Origin: a virus | IMG/VR virus record: IMGVR_UViG_3300028327_000814 | Reading direction: 5' to 3' (one strand) | Length of the DNA: 64,000 nt | In this document: piece by piece, positions 56,222-64,000 of the stretch | Layout: each line of letters begins with the position of its first letter | Position numbering within the stretch: the first letter of the stretch is position 1 | The notes under the pieces: model-generated | The model's database searches: none | The model's input: only the letters and a program-made list of their open reading frames with translations | Told to the model about the DNA's origin: nothing | Program-made: the position numbers and the translations under genes

Positions 56222-56574
56222 TTATGGACGTGTCCGATTTAATTGGCATACCTTACAAAGTACACGGCAGGGACGAAACAGGGCTAGACTGTTTTGGTTT
56301 AATCTGGCTTATAGCCAAAAGAAACAACACGCCTGTTAAAGACCCCGTATATAAAGGCTTCGATCCCTCTCTGGTAAAACTTGCCAATTATATCGGAGTA
56401 AAACAAATAAATGAATTTCAAGCCGGCTGCGTATTGGAGATAGAAAAAGACGGCAGGTTGCATTTGGGGTACGCGATTGATCAGGAAAGAATGATACATT
56501 GCACGCATAATGAAGGCGTGACAGTCGAAGAAATTTCGAAATACAAAGTAAAGGGGCATTATCAATTTATATGA
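56218..56574 (+). CDS. NlpC/P60 tail tip protein (gpK-like)
   Basis: LIGIPYKVHGRDETGLDCFGL, HLG, IHC. Confidence 0.85.
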   Translation: MIMDVSDLIGIPYKVHGRDETGLDCFGLIWLIAKRNNTPVKDPVYKGFDPSLVKLANYIGVKQINEFQAGCVLEIEKDGRLHLGYAIDQERMIHCTHNEGVTVEEISKYKVKGHYQFI

Positions 56575-56628
56575 AAGCGTTTATTTTAATATTTATTATT
56601 TTATTTGCCCTGTCTTTTGGGGATCATA

Positions 56629-59600
56629 ATGGGTATTGTTAACTTGTACAGAAGGTTAAATTCAGAAAGAGAAATCTTTAATTTTAACGGTAAAATTAGA
56701 GACAACCTCGATCTGGACTGGAATTACGCCCTGATAACAAAAAACGGCGAAAAACTTACGCCTGATTATGAATTACAAGAGAATGAAGTTTTAACCGTAC
56801 AACAAACTCCGGGGCTTGTGGCTGCGGCGATAATTTTAGGCGTTGTATCTTTAGGCGTCGGGATTGGCGTTGGAGTATACGCTTATGAACAGGCGAAAAA
56901 CGCGCAAAAAGAAATGGAAGAGGCTGTCGCCAAGATAAAAAAAGCAAACAGCCAAAAAGACGTCGCCTCAATCCCTCAATTGGCGGACGGGAGAAACGAG
57001 AAGATAGACGGCAAGAACGTGCCGATAATTTTGGGCAAGCATTTATTCGCGCCTTATTTTTTGTCTGACCCTTACATGAAGCCTGAGGGGGAAGACGGCG
57101 CGGACTTGTACTGGTACGGCACTTTTCTTGTCGGGCAGAACGGATTGTGTTTTGAAAAGATAAGGAACGGCGTTACCGAGCTTGTAACCTTTACGGAGGA
57201 CGAACCCCAGCAGGTAAACGACAGGCGGTTTATAAGACCGCCAAATTACGACCCCGCCGACCCGCCGCCGTTTTATGACCCTGAGAATTATATAGACATA
57301 GTCCAAAAAGGGAATGAAGAAACCTCTAATAGTTTTACCGAAACGGTATTTGAAGAAAGATGGGCGGACTCCCTCGGCGGTTCTGTAGAGCTGGGCAGGA
57401 AGAAAATAGACAACGCCAAAACTGGCAACGTGATTAACGGGGCGTTTAAACCGGATGAAAACGGCATATTTACGGACGATGACGGGGCTGAACCCGTGAT
57501 AAGGGAGACCGCGAGATTCCCCATGTTAGCCGAAATTGAGATAAGTTTTCCTGACGGGCTTTTCGGCTGGGACAGCAAGAACGGGATTGCGACCCCCGCG
57601 AGCGTGGGCGTAAAACTTGAATGGTCAAAAGACGGTAAAAGCGGCTGGCTGGATATTCCAATTTCATTCCCCGACGAAAATAGTTTGACGGAAACGGAAA
57701 CCATACCCGCAAGCAGAAACGTGGCGGACTGGGTAGACCAGATGATCCCCGCCAGCCCCGGTTATGGGCGGACGCTTTCCCATACCATGACGCTGCCCAA
57801 CGGCGGGAGTTATGGCGGCTCCCCTTTAATGTTCATATTATTTGAAAAAGAATTAAGGCAGGAAAATACCAGTCAGGGGCTTACGTGGTTTACCCGCAGG
57901 AGAATTACATTCGTATATGAGGATTCAAAAAAGACGGTCAAGGCTTCGGGAACCATCGGCGGACAAGTGATAATATACGGAACGTCATCGGCGGGCAACG
58001 CGCGTATAGCCCGCGCGAGGGCGGCGCAGATGAGGTTTATTTTCAGCGTAACTTTTCCGCCGAGCGTTTATTCAAAGGCTGGCGATCCCGTATTCATAAG
58101 GGCGACAAGACTTACAAGGATGCACACCGGGAGCTACAGGGACAGGGTGTATTTAACCGCGATAAGGACGAGGCAGTATAATCCCAATACTTCAAACACC
58201 ACCCAATTAATAGCGGCAAAAAACATCAATGAAAGGTACAAAGACAAATTTTGCAGAATGGGAATAAAATTAAAAGTCAACAAGAACACTCAGGAATTCA
58301 TGGACAGGTTCAACGTGATAGCCTCAATGACTGGCAGGACGTGGAACGGGCAATGGTCAACCGATAAAACTAAAACGTCCAATTCCGCCGCCGTGTTGCT
58401 GGAATTAATTACAGGTCTTATACATGACACTTCCAAGCATAAAGATACCGAGCTTGACCAAAAAATAATGGGGAATAAAACAGTATACGGTTACACCTTC
58501 GGAAAACTTTATGAGTACTGCGCCAATCGGTCGGTACGGATTGAAGGGCAATCTTTACCTCAAAACTTCACCCTAGAGTGTAACGGGGTGCTTACTTCCG
58601 GCACAAGAAAGATTGACGCTATACAGTCAATCTTAGCGACTTGCGACGCCGGACTATATGTAAACGAATTTGGAAAGTTGGAAGTCTACTATGAAGATTA
58701 TCAGGTAACGCCGATAGCCTTACTAAACAATCAAAGGCTTATATCAATGGTAGACCAGAGATCGCTTGAAAGAAAATCGGACGGGTACACGGTAGAATTC
58801 GCGGATCAGGAAGCGGACTGGACGCAAAAAACACATAGGATATTAAGGCCGAGGGTTAAAGTAAATCCCGGGCTTAACACCTACTCACCCATGAAGTTAG
58901 ACTTCACGACAAGTTACAATCAGGCTATGTGGCACGCGAGAAGATTACTGGCGAAAGAAGAATTTAGACCGGGCGAGATAAAATGCACGGTCGGGAAAGA
59001 AGGCAGGTACTACAAGCCCGGCTCTCTTATAAAGGTGCAAAATGAGAGGCACAAAATAGGGCTGGGTTCTGGGGAGATTATACAGTTAATAAAGAACGGA
59101 AACCAGATAGTAGGTCTTAAACTAATGGAGCGTTTTGACATTTCTAAGGACAGGGATTACTGGATTGAATACTATGTGGTGGACGAAGACAGGAACTTTA
59201 TCGTACAAAAACAAATTCAGAGTGTGGGAGAATATACCGACAGGCTGATGTTCACCGTACCAATTGATCTGGACGATGAGGGCGACAGAACCAACGCCCC
59301 CGTTTTCGGGAACATCTTGTCTACCCTTTACGCCGAAGGCTTGAATACGGGCAGGGTGTGGGAATCCAAGAGATACATAGTAACCGACCTGAGCGAAAAC
59401 CAAAACGGCTATGATCTATCCCTAGCCGAGTACGCCGAAGAAATTTACTCCGACAGCGAGATGAAAGAAATAAAAGAGCGGCAGTCAAGCATACTGTCCG
59501 CGCCGCCTATGGTATTGGCAGACCAAGAAAGACGATTACAAGCCGAACTAATAAAAGCGTTACAAGAGCAGACAAGCCCCCCGAACATAGACCGTATAGC

Positions 59601-60456
59601 CTCTCAGGTATTCGACAGGGAATACGAAGATAATATATATAGTTCGGTAGGAAAATTATCACCCAGATACAGGGGCGGTTTTTACGTTATAGGATTAAAC
59701 GATGGAACTATAAATAATGAAATAATGAACCTTAATGACTGGGTTTCTTATCTTGGAACAACTGGGCAATGGGAAAACGGTTATTGTTACCAATGGACAG
59801 CGGACGGATGGAAAAAAGTAATAGTCAACGCTGATAACATGGGCAAATATACAACAGCGATACATGACTTATGTAAGGGTGCGCCAAATGGCTATTTCTC
59901 TATTCTTTTCTGCAAAACTATAGTTACCGTAGACGCATTGATTGAAAATCTGTATATGCAACGGGGGATAGTGCAAGGGGGGGGAGTTTTACAAAGTAAA
60001 AATTATATTCCCGACGTAAGCGGCTGGCTACTCACCGAAGAAAGAATATATGCGATGAGCGGATATATAGGCGGCGTGGATATTAATGCGCGTACAATAC
60101 AAGTAGAAGGAAAGGGATATTTGCCAATAGGGTTTATATATTTTCAACTAAGGGGGCAACCAGAACCAGCGTCAATATTTGCTGGTACATGGCAAAATAT
60201 AAGCTCTGAATTTGCGGGGTTATTTTTCCGAGTGGAAGGCGGCAACGCTGTTGGATTTGGGAATGATCAAGGACAGAGTATACAGCCTCACACACACACC
60301 TATATTAATAACCGATTTGGGAATATAGGTTCTAATGGGAATGGTTCTAATATTTCGTCAATTAATTCTCAGCCAACAGCAGATACAGGGTCGGCGGGTG
60401 CGGTAGAAACAAGACCAGTAAATACAACCATAAGAGTATGGAAAAGAACGGCTTAG
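56629..60456 (+). CDS. Central tail fibre / host-specificity protein (gpI+J-like)
   Basis: VPIILGKHLFAP, YECNGV-like segment, QAMWHARR; C-terminal collar ending ETRPVNTTIRVWKRTA. Confidence 0.85.
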   Translation: MGIVNLYRRLNSEREIFNFNGKIRDNLDLDWNYALITKNGEKLTPDYELQENEVLTVQQTPGLVAAAIILGVVSLGVGIGVGVYAYEQAKNAQKEMEEAVAKIKKANSQKDVASIPQLADGRNEKIDGKNVPIILGKHLFAPYFLSDPYMKPEGEDGADLYWYGTFLVGQNGLCFEKIRNGVTELVTFTEDEPQQVNDRRFIRPPNYDPADPPPFYDPENYIDIVQKGNEETSNSFTETVFEERWADSLGGSVELGRKKIDNAKTGNVINGAFKPDENGIFTDDDGAEPVIRETARFPMLAEIEISFPDGLFGWDSKNGIATPASVGVKLEWSKDGKSGWLDIPISFPDENSLTETETIPASRNVADWVDQMIPASPGYGRTLSHTMTLPNGGSYGGSPLMFILFEKELRQENTSQGLTWFTRRRITFVYEDSKKTVKASGTIGGQVIIYGTSSAGNARIARARAAQMRFIFSVTFPPSVYSKAGDPVFIRATRLTRMHTGSYRDRVYLTAIRTRQYNPNTSNTTQLIAAKNINERYKDKFCRMGIKLKVNKNTQEFMDRFNVIASMTGRTWNGQWSTDKTKTSNSAAVLLELITGLIHDTSKHKDTELDQKIMGNKTVYGYTFGKLYEYCANRSVRIEGQSLPQNFTLECNGVLTSGTRKIDAIQSILATCDAGLYVNEFGKLEVYYEDYQVTPIALLNNQRLISMVDQRSLERKSDGYTVEFADQEADWTQKTHRILRPRVKVNPGLNTYSPMKLDFTTSYNQAMWHARRLLAKEEFRPGEIKCTVGKEGRYYKPGSLIKVQNERHKIGLGSGEIIQLIKNGNQIVGLKLMERFDISKDRDYWIEYYVVDEDRNFIVQKQIQSVGEYTDRLMFTVPIDLDDEGDRTNAPVFGNILSTLYAEGLNTGRVWESKRYIVTDLSENQNGYDLSLAEYAEEIYSDSEMKEIKERQSSILSAPPMVLADQERRLQAELIKALQEQTSPPNIDRIASQVFDREYEDNIYSSVGKLSPRYRGGFYVIGLNDGTINNEIMNLNDWVSYLGTTGQWENGYCYQWTADGWKKVIVNADNMGKYTTAIHDLCKGAPNGYFSILFCKTIVTVDALIENLYMQRGIVQGGGVLQSKNYIPDVSGWLLTEERIYAMSGYIGGVDINARTIQVEGKGYLPIGFIYFQLRGQPEPASIFAGTWQNISSEFAGLFFRVEGGNAVGFGNDQGQSIQPHTHTYINNRFGNIGSNGNGSNISSINSQPTADTGSAGAVETRPVNTTIRVWKRTA

Positions 60457-61034
60457 AATTGCAAGCCGATAATTAAAGAAGGCTTAAAATAAAAATTATT
60501 AACATAATGGTCTTTAATTTCATAAATTGGCGTTGTTTGTGTTTTTGAAGTACCGTCATCAAAATTTGTAATTGTTTTTTTATATCCCGTCAATTCTTCA
60601 TATATATTATTAAAAGCATAAGTAACGCCAAGATTAAAACCAGTATAAATATATTTTGTCAATCTGTAATGTATGGCTATAAAACTACCAATTCCAATAA
60701 AATAAGTTTTGTCATTAATAAAGTCAAGACCTACCGCAAGCGGCAATCTCCATTTATCGTTATTAATAAAATAATAAATTGGGGCTAAAAATAGATGAAA
60801 AGCGGAATAATCTGTTGAAAATAAACCGCCCGCCTCTATGGTAAAACCAAATTTTTCAAACGAGTAGTATAATCTTATATCGGCTTGCGTTGCATTATTA
60901 AGATTTATGCCTAATGAATATCCAGCATTTAATTCTACCATAAAAGCTGGCAAGTCATCAGAAAACACATGGGAGGATATTGTCAAAAAGAAAAATAATA
61001 AAAAAAATATTTTATTTATTATCTTGATTTTCAT
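60453..61034 (-). CDS. Outer-membrane beta-barrel-like protein (moron)
   Basis: Signal peptide, alternating beta strands, terminal ...KPSLIIGLQF. Confidence 0.65.
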   Translation of the reverse strand: MKIKIINKIFFLLFFFLTISSHVFSDDLPAFMVELNAGYSLGINLNNATQADIRLYYSFEKFGFTIEAGGLFSTDYSAFHLFLAPIYYFINNDKWRLPLAVGLDFINDKTYFIGIGSFIAIHYRLTKYIYTGFNLGVTYAFNNIYEELTGYKKTITNFDDGTSKTQTTPIYEIKDHYVNNFYFKPSLIIGLQF

Positions 61035-61281
61035 TATGGAATTTCCATACCCTGTTTTGTAAAACAGTGAAACCGCATTTAGAGCAAGTAAAAGGCAGAA
61101 CGACAAAATCAGTCAATTTGCTAAAATAATCGGCTGGATTCATACTTTTTAATTTATCTAAATCCGTTTCTTTTACCCCAAAAAAGAAATAATTTGTATC
61201 CATATTGGGAATATTTGGGAATTCTTTATTCCCGCAAGACGGGCATTCTTTCATTTTTGACATAAATTGATATTCATTCAC
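61012..61281 (-). CDS. Small zinc-finger protein
   Basis: CPSCG ... FTCSKCG; promoter TTGACC-17-TAAAAT at 61301-61329. Confidence 0.65.
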   Translation of the reverse strand: MNEYQFMSKMKECPSCGNKEFPNIPNMDTNYFFFGVKETDLDKLKSMNPADYFSKLTDFVVLPFTCSKCGFTVLQNRVWKFHNENQDNK

Positions 61282-61722
61282 TTTACACCTCTTATGTTAA
61301 ATTTTAGGCTATTTTTAATGACAGGTCAAGTATTGTTTACTGGGCTTGCTTATTGGAAAATAAGGCTATGGGGGAAGGTATGGAAAAAGAACGGAAAGAA
61401 TGGTTAGACATTATAAAAGAGATACAGGAGGCGTTGAAACCGCTTAATTATGAAGTCGTGGGGTTTGACGTTCCCCCGCGAGAGCCTATTACGCTGAAAT
61501 TGGCTATAATTCACTAGCTATTTTTTTCGCATGGTCTATTATTGACCTTATATATTCTTCAAATGTGCTAAAATTGGATTTGTCATTCCCCTGCAACCAG
61601 CTATATTTTTGTTTGTCGGCAATCTTAAAAAGCTCAATTTTTTCAATGTTAGATAATTTGTCATAGTCCATTTTTTACCCCTTTAATTTATCATCGGCGA
61701 TTTTCAAGTATTGTTAATCTTA

Positions 61723-62064
61723 TTACTTGGCTTTATATTCCTTATTGCAAACGGGGCAAACGTATTTTTTACAGCCCGTCTTTACAAGTCGGACGTGTTT
61801 TGCATTATAACAGTCGGCGCAAAAGAAGATTTTCTTATCGCCGGACATATCGTATAAATAACCATAGGGGGATTTGAAAATGGGAACGCCGCCTTCAAAA
61901 ACAGTACCTTTCTCATACATTTGTTTTTTCTTTATTAGTTTAATCGCCAATATTATTGTCCGCTTTATTTTCTGGAAATTTGTGCATATCAGTTTTATAA
62001 GTATGCCGGAGGATATGGCGACAATTATCCCTTCGATTATTACGGCGGCGCTTAATATGACCAT
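61723..62064 (-). CDS. Membrane-anchored zinc-ribbon protein (paralogue of 48400-48738)
   Basis: FCADCY..YVCPVCNKEY. Confidence 0.7.
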   Translation of the reverse strand: MVILSAAVIIEGIIVAISSGILIKLICTNFQKIKRTIILAIKLIKKKQMYEKGTVFEGGVPIFKSPYGYLYDMSGDKKIFFCADCYNAKHVRLVKTGCKKYVCPVCNKEYKAK

Positions 62065-62273
62065 TGGATATTCCTTTGGTTATATTGACGGCAAAAAAGA
62101 GCCTAAAAATGAGAATAAATCAAAAATAAACCACAATATCCCGCCAGCTTGTTACCATTAAGTATTGTTAAATTTCCCCCATCCGCCATATTTACGAAAG
62201 AGGTTGATATGTGGGAAAACTTTTGGATTTGGGTGGACAAGAACTATGTCTATCAAACAGAGGGAGATATAAT

Positions 62274-62987
62274 ATGCACGGAGAAATAAACGCTAATCTT
62301 AGCACGATGCCGAAAGAAAACATGATAATTTTATTTACGGGTTTTGCGGTTTTGCTAATCATTACGGCGGTATTAGTTGTTATTATCGTGCGTAAATTAG
62401 GGATAAAGAGTTTCGGTCCATTTAAAACGGAATACAATAACTCGTCTGTTTTATACAATATGAACGAAAAAATAAAAGACATAGATGATACCTGTCACAG
62501 GCAAATGCGGTATATAACCGACAGAATGAAAATACATATCAGCAACATTTTCACAGAGATAAATATTTGTATTCCGGCAAGAGTGTCTATTTCATCTGCT
62601 ATTCGATTCCCGCTTTACGAAAGTATATCAAACAATCATTTTACAATAGAGCTTATGCCGGAACGTTACCCTATCTATCGTGAGCGGATTATCGACACAA
62701 TGAAGGACGAATACGTGTCCCTTGCGACGGCAAATAAAGACGAACAATGCAATCGGGATAAATTACCGCCGTGGGAGAAAATGAACGATCAAATAATCTC
62801 GTGCATAGACTTGTGGCTAAAGAGGGTTTCTAAAGAAGTTATGGACGCTTGCGATAAGAAAATTACCGTATATAAAAACTATTTACATGGTTTTGAGGAA
62901 TCGAAAGACGATTTTCGCGCCGGTATTTGTAAGACGTGTATAGAAAAAAACGAGCGGTATATCAGGGAGCTTAAACGCCTCATATAA
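62274..62987 (+). CDS. Membrane-anchored hypothetical protein at the head of the lysis module
   Basis: Single TM; GAGGGAG before ATG 62274. Confidence 0.6.
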   Translation: MHGEINANLSTMPKENMIILFTGFAVLLIITAVLVVIIVRKLGIKSFGPFKTEYNNSSVLYNMNEKIKDIDDTCHRQMRYITDRMKIHISNIFTEINICIPARVSISSAIRFPLYESISNNHFTIELMPERYPIYRERIIDTMKDEYVSLATANKDEQCNRDKLPPWEKMNDQIISCIDLWLKRVSKEVMDACDKKITVYKNYLHGFEESKDDFRAGICKTCIEKNERYIRELKRLI

Positions 62988-62998
62988 AGGAATTAAAT

Positions 62999-63193
62999 AT
63001 GGACGAAAGTGAAAAACAGGAACTGATTAAAAAACTTACCGAAAGCAGGGAGAATATAAATTTGTTGTTTAATATGTTGAAAAGAGAACAAAAAAATTTG
63101 GAGCATGAACTCCGATTGGCTGATGATGCAAAACGCGGTCTTAATGACGCGCTGTATGGATTAACTGGCAACGAATTCTACCGGAATAAATAG
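62999..63193 (+). CDS. Small coiled-coil protein
   Basis: AAAGGA upstream. Confidence 0.5.
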   Translation: MDESEKQELIKKLTESRENINLLFNMLKREQKNLEHELRLADDAKRGLNDALYGLTGNEFYRNK

Positions 63194-63203
63194 GAGGTAA
63201 TAT

Positions 63204-63632
63204 ATGATACGGCATATTCAGACTTTATGTATTGGTATTGGTGATGGGGCGTGTTACGCGCTTTCGCTGATAAAAGTGGCGGAAAGGTTCTTGGCGCGTG
63301 ATCTGGACGCGCTGAGAGCCATTGATGAGGCAATAGAAAAAAAGATTATTAAGTTCAATTGGGGAACTCCGACCGACAACGAGGCGATGTACGTCAACAC
63401 CCCGGCTGGATTTTTGCGGATGCTCACGGGGCGGAATTGGACAGTCCGCAGGGAAGACGCGGCGTATAAAACGGAGAATCCCAAAGAATACATTATCAAT
63501 TCATGGGGCATCAGCAACGCGGAAGGCGCACCGCGACATTTCACCTTTAACGCCGACGACACGCTTTACAAATCGCCTTTGAGAACCAACGGAAAACTTA
63601 TATCCGTGAGGGTGTGCAGGTTAGAAGGCTGA
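63204..63632 (+). CDS. DUF261-like protein, possible papain-fold endolysin
   Basis: IQTL..GACYALSL, MYVNTPAGFL, RHF; precedes the holin. Confidence 0.55.
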   Translation: MIRHIQTLCIGIGDGACYALSLIKVAERFLARDLDALRAIDEAIEKKIIKFNWGTPTDNEAMYVNTPAGFLRMLTGRNWTVRREDAAYKTENPKEYIINSWGISNAEGAPRHFTFNADDTLYKSPLRTNGKLISVRVCRLEG

Positions 63633-63644
63633 TGGGAAAAATAA

Positions 63645-63899
63645 ATGAATAAAAAAATAAGCAAGGGTTACGCGTTTATTTTTGGAATGATTTGCATATT
63701 AGCCCTGTTCGTGGTGACGGGTACGCTTCATTTTTTTGAGAAAGCAACGAGCCTTCCCGTCGGTTCTTTCCTTACCGCCATAGTCGGGTTGGTTACAAGT
63801 TACATGGGCATTGACGTGGTTAATAACGGCGTTAGGGGCAAGTGCTTTAATCCGGAAGTGGCAAAACTTGACGCGGAACAGAGGGGGAATAATGAATGA
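63645..63899 (+). CDS. Holin-like protein
   Basis: Two TM segments, charged C-terminus. Confidence 0.6.
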   Translation: MNKKISKGYAFIFGMICILALFVVTGTLHFFEKATSLPVGSFLTAIVGLVTSYMGIDVVNNGVRGKCFNPEVAKLDAEQRGNNE

Positions 63900-64000
63900 A
63901 AAAACTAACCGTAATCTTGTTATTACTATTATTATCCTGTCCGTCATACTCACAATCTCTGTCGGACTTAATATCGGACTTGGAAGAAGTGTCCCGGATA
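63892..64000 (+). CDS. N-anchored protein, partial (possible spanin)
   Basis: MNEKTNRNLVITIIILSVILTISVGL...; runs off the window. Confidence 0.45.
   Translation, partial: MNEKTNRNLVITIIILSVILTISVGLNIGLGRSVPD

Larger units (their letters stand above)
36300..64000 (+). mobile_element. A118/SPP1-like siphovirus prophage, structural and lysis region (continuous with 1-216 before the Mu-like insertion; open at both window edges)
   Basis: Portal, minor capsid, scaffold, capsid, connectors, tail, tape measure, L/K/J-like tip and holin in standard order. Confidence 0.88.

Noticed and set aside
53653-56643. Extra TATTGTTAAC copies (53653, 56634) and copies at 40910, 61331 and 61709 as late promoters
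   Set aside because: They lack the -10 hexamer at the fixed 24-bp offset or lie inside coding sequence.
61377-61400. GTATGGAAAAAGAACGG resembling the end of the J-like gene (60436-60451) as a recombination site
   Set aside because: Single short purine-rich match with an indel; no fibre-like cassette follows.
1-64000. tRNA or rRNA genes and host chromosomal genes
   Set aside because: None recognised; the whole window is phage-derived, so the host assignment remains indirect.

Overview
The window holds two nested temperate phages. The host is probably a spirochaete (Treponema-like), which I infer from protein family flavour only. (1) A complete ~36.1-kb Mu-like transposable myovirus prophage (217-36299) has a 6-bp target duplication (GTAAGG) and symmetric end repeats. 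Its genome is split: early genes plus capsid and tail run leftward; repressor, lysis, terminase, portal and MuF run rightward. It carries a four-cassette tail-fibre shufflon next to a tyrosine recombinase. (2) This element is inserted into the structural region of an A118/SPP1-like siphovirus prophage (1-216 and 36300-64000, open at both window edges). The insertion falls inside a non-coding 5-nt-period GGY-NN array. When the empty site is rebuilt, the variable NN dinucleotides of the interrupted array unit match the first 12 codons of the downstream portal gene with every third base skipped (19/22 nt). This suggests a guide-RNA array with a non-contiguous code aimed at related phages. Other signals: six spacing-conserved late promoters, MuF toxin/immunity-like pairs in both phages, two homologous recombinases, a FliM-like CheY-binding motif in a small phage ORF, and several antisense morons with their own promoters. 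All family assignments come from motif recognition and synteny; no searches were run.
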